Below, in pieces: positions 27,983 to 36,970 of a DNA stretch of 54,774 bases (within the stretch, counting starts at the first letter, position 1; each line of letters begins with the position of its first letter). The translations under genes were made by a program, and so were the position numbers. The stretch comes from Flavobacteriales bacterium. GTDB taxonomy: Bacteria > Bacteroidota > Bacteroidia > Flavobacteriales_F > PHOS-HE28. Where the stretch lies: positions 1 through 54,774 of the forward strand of contig JBKJPT010000052.1 of the NCBI GenBank assembly GCA_046595075.1. The letters are read 5' to 3'. Below the pieces are notes generated by a model. It ran no database searches and was not told where the DNA came from. It saw nothing but the letters and a program-made list of their open reading frames with translations.

Positions 27983-29233
27983 ATGCGCCTAATTAAACAC
28001 CTCGGGCTATGTGCTCTGCCGCTGGTCCTTTCCTGCGGAACAAATATCCCAACCGCGCCGTCACCCTTGCTAGGTGCTTGGCGCATGGAGCTGGATCTGA
28101 ACGGCACCCCGCTGCCCTTCACGTTCGACTTGGACAAGTCCGATAGTGGTGCATGGACAATGCATGTGCACAACAGCGTCGAAGACATCCCCGTAACCGA
28201 TGTTGATCTACGCGGTGACACAATTCATGTGCGGATGCCCTTGTTCGATTCTGAGTTCTTGGGCTCTGTTGTAAACGACAGCTTGATCATAGGTCGCTGG
28301 TACAATTACCTAAAAGGCCCAGACTACAGTATTCCGTTCCGCGCCAAGGCCGGCCAGAGTGGTCGGTTTCCCGGCAGCGGAGCACCCACTTCCGATATCA
28401 CTGGTACATGGCGCACGCACTTCAGCCCGGGCACCCCCGATGCGTACAACGCCATAGGAGATTTCGTCCAGGATACTACGGGCGGCGTGTCTGGCACCTT
28501 TATGACCGAAACCGGTGACTACCGCTTCCTTGAGGGTGTCATGCGCGGCGATTCACTTATGATGTCCAGTTTCGACGGCTCTCACGCCTTCCTGTTCCTG
28601 GCGCATCTCAGTGGCGACACGCTTCGCGGCCGCTACATGAGCGGGGTGCATTGGCAAGAACCCTGGCTTGCGGTGCGTGACGCTCAATATTCGTTGCGTG
28701 ACCCGGATTCACTGACCACCCTCCGCGAGGGATACAGCATGGTGGACTTCCGATTCCCCGATACGGAAGGCCGGGTCGTCTCCAGCGCGGATGCGTTGTT
28801 CCGCGGAAAGCCCCTTATGGTGCAGATCATGGGAAGTTGGTGCCCGAACTGTGTGGACGAGACTCGTTTGCTCAACGAGGTCTATGACAAGTACCACGGC
28901 CGTGGTCTGGAGATCCTGGCCATCGCGTTCGAGAAGTACGAGGACCCTGAAAGAGCAACAGAGGCATTGCGTCGATTCCGGTCCACATTGGGCGTGGGTT
29001 ATCCGGTGCTTTACGGTGGCCTAGCTTCGAAGGAAGAGGCCGGGAGCAAGCTGCCCTTTCTCGACCACCTTATGAGCTATCCTACGTGCATTTTCATCGA
29101 TCGCCGCGGGGTTGTCCGCCGGATCCGTACAGGGTTCTATGGGCCGGGTACGGGCGAGCACTATGAACACTACAAGCGAAATCTCGATGCCTTCATCGAG
29201 GAGTTGTTGAGCGAGGGAGTAGAGGTTCGTTGA
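27983..29233 (+). CDS. TlpA/ResA-family thiol-disulfide oxidoreductase lipoprotein with N-terminal beta-rich domains
   Basis: Lipobox LVLSC; C-terminal thioredoxin fold GSWCPNC and SYPT. Confidence 0.85.
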   Translation: MRLIKHLGLCALPLVLSCGTNIPTAPSPLLGAWRMELDLNGTPLPFTFDLDKSDSGAWTMHVHNSVEDIPVTDVDLRGDTIHVRMPLFDSEFLGSVVNDSLIIGRWYNYLKGPDYSIPFRAKAGQSGRFPGSGAPTSDITGTWRTHFSPGTPDAYNAIGDFVQDTTGGVSGTFMTETGDYRFLEGVMRGDSLMMSSFDGSHAFLFLAHLSGDTLRGRYMSGVHWQEPWLAVRDAQYSLRDPDSLTTLREGYSMVDFRFPDTEGRVVSSADALFRGKPLMVQIMGSWCPNCVDETRLLNEVYDKYHGRGLEILAIAFEKYEDPERATEALRRFRSTLGVGYPVLYGGLASKEEAGSKLPFLDHLMSYPTCIFIDRRGVVRRIRTGFYGPGTGEHYEHYKRNLDAFIEELLSEGVEVR

Positions 29234-29236
29234 ACT

Positions 29237-30751
29237 TTACTTCGCGCTCTTGTCCACCACGATGCGCGTTTCCTGATTAGCCAATATCCAAGCCGTTAGG
29301 AACACGAGTTCGGCTCGTTGGCGCAAGAGGTCGAACTGGATCTTCTCAACATCGTCCGCGGGTTTGTGATAATCCTCGTGCACGCCGCTGAAGTAAAAGA
29401 TGCTCGGAACCCCCTTGCGAGCGAAGTTGTAGTGATCGCTTCGATAGTAGAACCGGTTGGGGTCGCTCTCGGCATTGAAAGTATAATCCATATCGAGGCC
29501 CACATGTCTGTTGGCTCGTTCGTTGGCTTCGTGCAGGCCCGAGCTCAGACGATCACTGCCGATCACGTATACGTAAGGGGGCGAAGTCGTGTGTGCACTA
29601 TCCGTGCGGCCGATCATATCGATGTTCAGATCGGCGACGGTGTTCTCTAGCGGGAACACTGGGTGGTCGCTGTAGTACTTCGATCCGAGCAACCCCTTTT
29701 CTTCGCCGCTAACTGGCATGATCAACACACTACGTCGCGGGCCATGACCTTCGGCCTTGGCCCGGATGAATGCTTCAGCGATCTCCAGCAGTGCCACCGT
29801 GCCGCTGCCGTCATCGTCCGCACCATTGTAGACCACACCGTTTTCGACACCAATGTGGTCATAGTGTGCGGTAAGCACCACTACTTCGTCCTTCTTGTCG
29901 GTTCCTTCAATGAAGGCCAATACGTTCTCCGCCTTGATCATAGATCCGCTCTCTCGAGCGCTTATGACAAGGTCAACCGCTAATTCGTGACCAGATCTCT
30001 TTTTTCGCAGCTTCCTAAACACTCGCGTACCAAGGATCTCCTTCGTGGTGGCCTCTTCCATGACGATCAACTGACCTCCCTGTTTTGTTTTTGTTGTACC
30101 CGTCGACTCATACGCTAAGCTCAAGCTGGAACCATCGGCGTGTACTTGGTTCACGAGGCTGCCGAACTCGGGCATGCTCAAGAAGATAACAGCCGCACCG
30201 GCCCTGCGCACTGGTTCAAGCGCGGCGCGCAGCGGCCCGAGAACTGCATCGCCCTTTCCCATCCGGGATCCATCCAGTAGAACTAACTTGTTTGTGAGGT
30301 CAAGCCCCGTCGGTAGGTTATTTCCGCCGTCCAGGTAGATGAGCTCACTCACCACGCGGTCGCCTTTCAACACTTCGTTGAAATAAACCAGCCCGCTCAA
30401 CAGCCCAAGCGTTTTACCGTGGTGTTGAATGGTTAACCCACCCGTGCGCTCCTCTATCAGTTCATACTGCTGAAAATACCCCTCCACCACCCGTCCCGAA
30501 TACGGTGCGGGTACTGGTGGAATTCCGATTTCAGAGAAGTACTTCTTTATGTAGTCCGCAGCCATTTTCTGTCCCTCTTTGCCGGTATCGCGACCCATGA
30601 ACGAATCGCTGGCCAACACCTCCAAGTGTTCGCGCAATTCGGCAGCTGTGATACCCTTGGCGTAATGCCCTGCGAGCGTGTCACTCTGGGCTTGGGCCGC
30701 AACGAAGACAAGGACTGCGCACGCCAAAAGAACGAGAGGTCTTAACTTCAT
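29237..30751 (-). CDS. M28 family aminopeptidase with PA insert
   Basis: Signal peptide; TAHYDHIG, NGADDDGSG, GEEKGLLGS, NIDMIGR, RSDHYNF, DYHKPAD. Confidence 0.9.
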   Translation of the reverse strand: MKLRPLVLLACAVLVFVAAQAQSDTLAGHYAKGITAAELREHLEVLASDSFMGRDTGKEGQKMAADYIKKYFSEIGIPPVPAPYSGRVVEGYFQQYELIEERTGGLTIQHHGKTLGLLSGLVYFNEVLKGDRVVSELIYLDGGNNLPTGLDLTNKLVLLDGSRMGKGDAVLGPLRAALEPVRRAGAAVIFLSMPEFGSLVNQVHADGSSLSLAYESTGTTKTKQGGQLIVMEEATTKEILGTRVFRKLRKKRSGHELAVDLVISARESGSMIKAENVLAFIEGTDKKDEVVVLTAHYDHIGVENGVVYNGADDDGSGTVALLEIAEAFIRAKAEGHGPRRSVLIMPVSGEEKGLLGSKYYSDHPVFPLENTVADLNIDMIGRTDSAHTTSPPYVYVIGSDRLSSGLHEANERANRHVGLDMDYTFNAESDPNRFYYRSDHYNFARKGVPSIFYFSGVHEDYHKPADDVEKIQFDLLRQRAELVFLTAWILANQETRIVVDKSAK

Positions 30752-30755
30752 TGGC

Positions 30756-31190
30756 TCAAGGTTCTATCTTCTCAATTCTACGTTGGTGGCGCCCCCCTTC
30801 GAAAGAAGCGGTTAAGAACGCGTCAACAATGTCCAGTGCCCCTTGTTCTGTTATGAACCGCGCAGGCAGCGACAACACGTTGGCGTTGTTGTGCTCGCGA
30901 GCCAGCGAGGCCACCAGTGGCTGCCAAGCCAATGCGGCGCGCACGCCACGGTGTCTGTTTGCGGTGATGTTTACGCCGTTACCACTTCCGCAGATAAGGA
31001 TCCCCAGTTCGGCCGATCCACTGGCAACGGATCCTGCCACGGCATGTGCAAAATCCGGATAATCGACGCTGTCAGAGGTGTCGGTTCCCTTATTCTGCAC
31101 GACATGACCAAGTTTGGATAGGTGCGCTTCAACGGCGCTCTTCAGCGCCACGCCTGCGTGATCGCTGCCTATGACTATGCGAATGAACAT
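30756..31190 (-). CDS. rpiB: Ribose-5-phosphate isomerase B
   Basis: IGSDHAG, SVDYPDFA, ICGSGNG, REHNNANVL, FEGGRHQRR. Confidence 0.95.
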   Translation of the reverse strand: MFIRIVIGSDHAGVALKSAVEAHLSKLGHVVQNKGTDTSDSVDYPDFAHAVAGSVASGSAELGILICGSGNGVNITANRHRGVRAALAWQPLVASLAREHNNANVLSLPARFITEQGALDIVDAFLTASFEGGRHQRRIEKIEP

Positions 31191-31228
31191 GCGCCAAAGA
31201 TACCAGCAGCCCCACCTAGAGGGTTTTG

Positions 31229-31614
31229 AACGATCGGTCGGTTGATTACTCCGAATCATGGTGGATAATGAATGATAACCCTTCTCTTATCAACATCTTC
31301 CACGGACAGAACATCTTCGTGATCGAATAACAGTCAGTTCCTACCGATCATCAACCTCCAACGCACACCAACAAGTCCTCCAGCAACATTCAACTTATCC
31401 ACTAGGTCTGTACAACACCACTATCAACGATCGTTCATAACCCAAGAACAACCTACGCCTACCCCGCCTTTACCTATAACTGAACAGCCAAACGATCGTG
31501 CATGGATAGTGGACTAATTTTGAACTCCTTGAAATGCAAGAGAACACACCTCAGGATACCAACACTATCAACAGCACATACTACACTATCATCAATTCAT
31601 ATAAAGAATTAAGA
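31229..31614. other. Putative chromosomal replication origin oriC
   Basis: AT-rich divergent intergenic region with DnaA boxes TTATCCACC(-) 31260-68, TTATCAACA 31287-95, TTATCCACT 31395-403, CTATCAACG 31421-29 and tandem ATACCAACA/CTATCAACA 31556-73. These are followed by trio-like TACTACACTATCATCA and an AT-rich tract. parS sites and mnmG are nearby, with a local C-rich to G-rich switch. Confidence 0.8.
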
Positions 31615-33147
31615 ATGAAGAGGGGTGTGAACTGCGTGATGATGATGATGGGTTTGTGCATGTATGTTCGTGCTCAAGTTGGTGAGGATGGTTTAAAGCA
31701 ATACTTCCACCCCAATGGGATAGTGAGCAGCGAGGGGTATCAGATAAATGGTAAGCCAGAAGGTTGGTGGCGCACCTATTATGAAACAGGCGTGTTGCGA
31801 TCTGAAGGGGGGCGGAAGAATTTTCAGCTGGACAGTCTCTGGAAGTTCTATGCACCCAACGGCAGGATACAGAGCGAAACTTGGTACAAGGCGGACAAGA
31901 AGGAGGGAACAGCATTGCGCTATGACACAGCCGGTGTGCGGATAGAAGAGGAGAACTACATCAATGATCTGCGGGAAGGCACCGCGAAACACTTCCACCC
32001 CAACGGTGCTCCATTCCGCGAAGTCCCTTTCTTGAATGGAAAGGAAGAAGGAAAAGGAATAGAATATGCCGAAGACGGGAGAGTGGTGGCCGTATTGTAT
32101 TACGGCGCCGGAATGCTGCGAAAGCGCGAAGAGATAAACCGCATTGATGCGCTCGGATTGAGGCAAGGCCAATGGAAGGAATTCCACCCCAACGGCAAAG
32201 TGCGTTGGGAAGGCGGCTTTGTCGACGATCGCCGGCAGGGGATATTCAAAGAATACGATGCGCTCGGAAACCTGAAGGAATTGGTGAAGTATGACGGCGG
32301 CGAGATCGATGTGCGGGCACAGGAAAATCTCACCACCGAGATCAAACGCACTTTCCACCCCAACGGTCGCGTTGCCTCCATGGGCGGTTATTCCAAGAGT
32401 GGCAAACGAGAGGGCTTGTTCAAAGAGTTCGACTTAGAGGGAGGCGTTTCTTCAGCCAAGATCTACCAAGGCGACCTGCTCATCAGTTCGGGCACGGTGA
32501 ATGAGGCAGGCGCCATGGAAGGCGGTTGGGTGGAATACTTCATCACGGGGGAGAAGCGGGCCGAAGGATCATACAGCGGGGGCAAAAAGGAGGGCGAATG
32601 GACCTTCTATCACCGCAGTGGAAAAGTGGAGCAAAAGGGCAAGTATCTGAACGGGCTGGCGCAAGGCACTTGGCAGTGGTACTACGAGGGTGGTGCGCTG
32701 CACCGCGAAGAACTCTATCGGAAAGGAAAGGAGGATGGCGCTTCGGCGGAATATGATGAGGAAGGAAGGGTCATCACCCAAGGAGAGTACATTGATGGCC
32801 TGCGCGAGGGCAAGTGGACATATGAAGTGGGGGACCACAAGGAGGAGGGTGCGTACAAGGGTGGACAGAAGGACGGAGCATGGACCTACACGTACGCGGG
32901 TGGCCGCAAATATTTCACAGGCTCCTTTGTGGATGGCGAACCAGCGGGCAAGCACAAATGGTATTGGGCCAATGGGCAGTTGAAATTGGAGGGCCGCTAT
33001 GCCAAGGGCTTTGAACAGGGCGACTTCACGCACTTCGACCCCAACGGTAACATCACACTAGTGATCAAGTATAGCGATGGAGTGGAGATGCGGGTGGACG
33101 GCACGCGCATTCCCCCGCCGTTCCAAGCCGGAGGCGACCAACCCTGA
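31615..33147 (+). CDS. Exported MORN-variant (YwqK-like) repeat protein
   Basis: Signal peptide MKRGVNCVMMMMGLCMYVRA-Q; many G.W..Y/F..NG....EG.Y..G repeats. The ORF-track extension from 31534 overlaps oriC and is unlikely. Confidence 0.85.
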   Translation: MKRGVNCVMMMMGLCMYVRAQVGEDGLKQYFHPNGIVSSEGYQINGKPEGWWRTYYETGVLRSEGGRKNFQLDSLWKFYAPNGRIQSETWYKADKKEGTALRYDTAGVRIEEENYINDLREGTAKHFHPNGAPFREVPFLNGKEEGKGIEYAEDGRVVAVLYYGAGMLRKREEINRIDALGLRQGQWKEFHPNGKVRWEGGFVDDRRQGIFKEYDALGNLKELVKYDGGEIDVRAQENLTTEIKRTFHPNGRVASMGGYSKSGKREGLFKEFDLEGGVSSAKIYQGDLLISSGTVNEAGAMEGGWVEYFITGEKRAEGSYSGGKKEGEWTFYHRSGKVEQKGKYLNGLAQGTWQWYYEGGALHREELYRKGKEDGASAEYDEEGRVITQGEYIDGLREGKWTYEVGDHKEEGAYKGGQKDGAWTYTYAGGRKYFTGSFVDGEPAGKHKWYWANGQLKLEGRYAKGFEQGDFTHFDPNGNITLVIKYSDGVEMRVDGTRIPPPFQAGGDQP

Positions 33148-33174
33148 AGGCGCGACAAGAATTAAGTTAGGCGC

Positions 33175-36100
33175 ATGCAACTGGACGCGGGTACCGAGTT
33201 GGCGCAGGCCTATTTGGACCTGAAGCGGCAGTATGACGACCTCGTGAGCCGCAACCTCGCGGGCATTTTCCGCACTACGGTCGGTGGCCACTTCCTGGAA
33301 TGCAACGATGCCATGGCGCACATCCTTGGCTACGTCGACCGAGCCGACCTGCTCAAGCACAACGCACTGGACCTGTACCATACGCCAGAGGAGCGGGAAA
33401 GCTTCATCGAAGCGCTTGCTCGCGAGAAACGCCTGATCAATTACGAAATGCGGCTGAAACACCGCAGCGGCCGCGAGGTGTTCGTGCTAGAGAACGTCTT
33501 CCTCGACGAAGAGAGCGGCCGCAGCGCCACAGTGCAGGGCATGCTCATCGACATCACCGCCTACCGCCAGGCCGAAGCCGAGCAACGAGCTCTCATGGCC
33601 AGCTACCGAAGCCTTGTGGAACTTATCCGCGAAGGATTGATGGTGGTAGCACAAGGACGCGTGCTTTACGCCAACCCAGCAGCAGAACAACTTCTTGGGA
33701 ACCGCACCACGGGTCAAGACCTCCTTCCTCTGTTCCTTGCCGATGACCGGCCCGCGATCGAAGAAGTCTTGAGCGCAACACTTCCATCCAGCACCACCGC
33801 TCCGATACGCGTGAGGCTCATGCGCCACCCCGACCGCGAACTGCTCTTCACCTGTGTCGCCACGCTCCATAATGGCGCGCCCGCGGTACAGGTGACACTA
33901 CAGGACCAAAGCGCACAACAGCATCTTGTGCGCGAGCGCGTGCGGCTGCAAATGGCGGAAGAGGTGAACCAAGTGCTGCGCGAAGAGATCGCCGAGCACC
34001 GCAGGACACAGGACGCGTTGCGTCGGTCAAGGAGGTTTGCGCGCAACCTCATCGATAGTTCGTTGGACATGATCATGGCCGCAGACCCCGACGGCCTCAT
34101 CACCGAATACAATCCGGCGGCAAGCATGCGCTTCGGTTACGAAGCGGAGGAGGTGATCGGCATGGACACCCAGAAATTGTACGCCGACCCCAAAGAGTAC
34201 TTGCGGGTACAGCAAGAACTGGACACGCACGGCGCATATGCCGGAGAAGTGCGCAACGTGGACAAGTACGGCAACGGGTTCACCTCCTTCCTTGCTGCCT
34301 CACGCCTCTTCGATGAGGAGGGTCAGCCTATTGGTGCCATGGGCGTATCTCGGGATATAACGCGCACCAAACACGACCAAGAAGCACTGCGGATCAGCGA
34401 GGAGCGCTACCGTGACCTCTTCGAGAACGCCACCGACCTGATCCAAAGCGTGGATACTGATGGCCGGTTCGAATACGTGAACGATGCTTGGCGCCGGATC
34501 CTTGGTTATTCCCAGGAAGACGTGGAGCGCCTCACGATCTGGGATGTGGTTCACCCCGACCATCGCGCATCGTGCGAGGGCTTGTTCGAAAGGGTCATGC
34601 GCGGCGATGACCCCGGGCAGATCCGCACCGCGTTCCGCACCAAGGACCGACGTACGGTAATAGTGGAGGGAACCATCAACCTGCGCAGCAGCGAGGGTAG
34701 GCCTATGGCTACACGCAGCATCTTCAGGGACATTACCGGTGTACTTGCTGCGCGGCAACAAGTGCAAGAGCACGAAGCAAAATTGCGCGCGCTGTTCGAG
34801 AGCAGCGAACACATGTTCTGGACAGTGGGCCCCGGCGTGCGGCTCACCTCCTTCAACAAAGGCTATGGCGACATGATCGAGCGACTGCACGGAGGGCGTC
34901 CCGAGATCGATACCGACCCCGCGAGGCCTCGGAAGAAGTTCGCCAGCCAGAGCTACCACGATTTCTGGGAGACGAAGTACGCCGAAGCCTTCGCTGGCAA
35001 ACCCATCCGGTTCGAAACAGACCTCCTCGACAAGCGTGAAGAACGCGTGTGTAATGAGGTGTTCCTGAGTCCTGTTTTCGATACCGAAGGCCGCGTGACC
35101 GAGGTCTTTGGTGTGGGCCACGAGATCACCGAGCAAAAAGTGGCGGAGGACCTCGTGCGCGCACAGGCTGCGCGCCTGAAGGCCATCTTCGAAAGCTCGG
35201 CCAACATGATGATCTGGACCCTGGACAAGGAAATGCGCATCACTTCGTGCAACGAGCACTTCCTTCGCACGATCGAGCACACGCACGCTATTCGGTTCAA
35301 CGTGGGCGACCACTTCGCCGAACGCATGGCCGCCCGGATCGCTCCTGACCGCGCCAAGGTGTTGTTGGTGAACTACGCCAACGCGCTGCGCGGCAAACCA
35401 CAGCAGTTCGAAGTGGAACTCGTCGACCTGCATGGCCAGCCCGCATGGGTGGAGAACTTCCTCAACCCCATTGTTTTGGATGGCGAAGTTCAGGAGATCT
35501 CGTGCCTTGCATACGGCATCACCGATCGCAAGCAAGCACAGCGCGAACTGGAACAGGGCCTCAGCGAGAAAGAGGTACTACTGAAGGAAGTGCATCACCG
35601 CGTGAAGAACAACCTGCAGGTGATCAGTAGCATCATGAATTTGCAGAGTGCCAAAGTGGACGACGACCCCCGGCTGAAGGAGATCCTACACCATAGTCGC
35701 GACCGCATCCGCAGCATGTCGCTGATCCATGAAAGCCTCTATCAGACCAAGCAGTTCAGCCTCATCGACATGAACAGCTATGTCGAAGGCCTCGCGCGCA
35801 ATTTGGTGATGAGCTACAGCCTCAGCGGCCGGATCGAACTGTCACTGGACCTGCCGAAGGACCGGGTGTACCTGGTGCTCGATCAAGCCATTCCCTGCGG
35901 CCTCATCCTCAACGAACTTATAAGCAACTCGCTCAAGCACGCATACCCCGGAGATGGTAGCGGACCCGTGCGCGTATCACTGGGCCTCTCTGGAGAAAGC
36001 GTGCGGATCGCTGTCGCGGACGATGGCGTGGGGGTGGATGATAAGGCCGCACAGCGCGAGGGTAGCCTCGGTCTCGAACTCGTGGGCATGTTGGTGGAAC

Positions 36101-36219
36101 AGCTCGATGGTCACCTGGATCGCAGCGATCGACCAGGGGTAACGTATTTGCTTACTTTTGAACGTCTCAAGAACAACAGCAGAAATGGCGCAGACGAACG
36201 TCCTCGTAGTGGAAGATGA
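33175..36219 (+). CDS. Cytoplasmic multi-PAS sensor histidine kinase (HisKA_2/HWE type)
   Basis: About six PAS/PAC repeats and no TM segment; H box LLKEVHHRVKNNLQVI, N box LNELISNSLKHAY, DDGVG, SLGLELV. Confidence 0.9.
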   Translation: MQLDAGTELAQAYLDLKRQYDDLVSRNLAGIFRTTVGGHFLECNDAMAHILGYVDRADLLKHNALDLYHTPEERESFIEALAREKRLINYEMRLKHRSGREVFVLENVFLDEESGRSATVQGMLIDITAYRQAEAEQRALMASYRSLVELIREGLMVVAQGRVLYANPAAEQLLGNRTTGQDLLPLFLADDRPAIEEVLSATLPSSTTAPIRVRLMRHPDRELLFTCVATLHNGAPAVQVTLQDQSAQQHLVRERVRLQMAEEVNQVLREEIAEHRRTQDALRRSRRFARNLIDSSLDMIMAADPDGLITEYNPAASMRFGYEAEEVIGMDTQKLYADPKEYLRVQQELDTHGAYAGEVRNVDKYGNGFTSFLAASRLFDEEGQPIGAMGVSRDITRTKHDQEALRISEERYRDLFENATDLIQSVDTDGRFEYVNDAWRRILGYSQEDVERLTIWDVVHPDHRASCEGLFERVMRGDDPGQIRTAFRTKDRRTVIVEGTINLRSSEGRPMATRSIFRDITGVLAARQQVQEHEAKLRALFESSEHMFWTVGPGVRLTSFNKGYGDMIERLHGGRPEIDTDPARPRKKFASQSYHDFWETKYAEAFAGKPIRFETDLLDKREERVCNEVFLSPVFDTEGRVTEVFGVGHEITEQKVAEDLVRAQAARLKAIFESSANMMIWTLDKEMRITSCNEHFLRTIEHTHAIRFNVGDHFAERMAARIAPDRAKVLLVNYANALRGKPQQFEVELVDLHGQPAWVENFLNPIVLDGEVQEISCLAYGITDRKQAQRELEQGLSEKEVLLKEVHHRVKNNLQVISSIMNLQSAKVDDDPRLKEILHHSRDRIRSMSLIHESLYQTKQFSLIDMNSYVEGLARNLVMSYSLSGRIELSLDLPKDRVYLVLDQAIPCGLILNELISNSLKHAYPGDGSGPVRVSLGLSGESVRIAVADDGVGVDDKAAQREGSLGLELVGMLVEQLDGHLDRSDRPGVTYLLTFERLKNNSRNGADERPRSGR

Positions 36220-36940
36220 AAGCATTGTGAGCAAGGACATCCAGCACAGTTTGAAGAAACTGGGCTACAATGTGGTTGGCGCAGCGAGTACTGGCGAACA
36301 GGCCGTAGCACTGGCGACCGAGCACATGCCGGACATTATTCTCATGGACATCATGCTCAAGGGAGAGATGAACGGGATAGAGGCCGCCGACAACATCCGG
36401 CGCACCACGAACATCCCGGTGATCTTCCTCACCGCCTATGCCGACGAGAGCACGCTCGCGAAGGCCAAGGTGACACAGCCCTACGGATACATCATCAAGC
36501 CGTTCAAAGAGATCGACATCCACACGTCGATAGAGATGGCGCTTTACAAGCACAAGAAGGAGACAGAGGTGCTCAAGGAACGCGACCTCCTATACGCACT
36601 CGTGGAAAGCAAGGAGAGCGGCAAGGACCTCCTCTTTGTGAAGAGCAACAGCCGCTTGGTGAAGTTGAAGACGAGCGACATCTACTTCATCGAAGCTTTG
36701 AAGGACTACGTGGTGATCAACACGCTCAACACACGCTACACGGTGCACAGCACTATGAAGGATATCGAGGCGAAGTTGCCCGAAGTAGAGTTCATTCGCG
36801 TACACCGCAGCTTCATCGTGCGAGTGGACAAGATCATGGCGATCGAACAACCCAATCTGATCCTGGAGAACGACAAAAAGGCGATCCCCATCGGCGGTAG
36901 CTACAAGGACGACCTGGCCAAGCGCCTCAACTTGGTTTAG
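36185..36940 (+). CDS. LytTR-family response regulator
   Basis: REC domain VLVVEDE..LMDI..FLTA..YIIKPF; LytTR domain IYFIEALKDYV, FIRVHRSFIV. Confidence 0.92.
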   Translation: MAQTNVLVVEDESIVSKDIQHSLKKLGYNVVGAASTGEQAVALATEHMPDIILMDIMLKGEMNGIEAADNIRRTTNIPVIFLTAYADESTLAKAKVTQPYGYIIKPFKEIDIHTSIEMALYKHKKETEVLKERDLLYALVESKESGKDLLFVKSNSRLVKLKTSDIYFIEALKDYVVINTLNTRYTVHSTMKDIEAKLPEVEFIRVHRSFIVRVDKIMAIEQPNLILENDKKAIPIGGSYKDDLAKRLNLV

Positions 36941-36970
36941 CCCGAACGACAAATCTCGGAACCCGGTGGA

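Noticed and set aside
31534-31614. N-terminal extension MQENTPQDTNTINSTYY... of the MORN protein
   Set aside because: It overlaps the DnaA-box/trio/AT-rich module, and the signal peptide begins at ATG 31615.
31615-33147. YwqK-like 'antitoxin' implying a toxin-antitoxin system
   Set aside because: It is simply a MORN-variant repeat protein with a signal peptide, and no toxin gene is adjacent.
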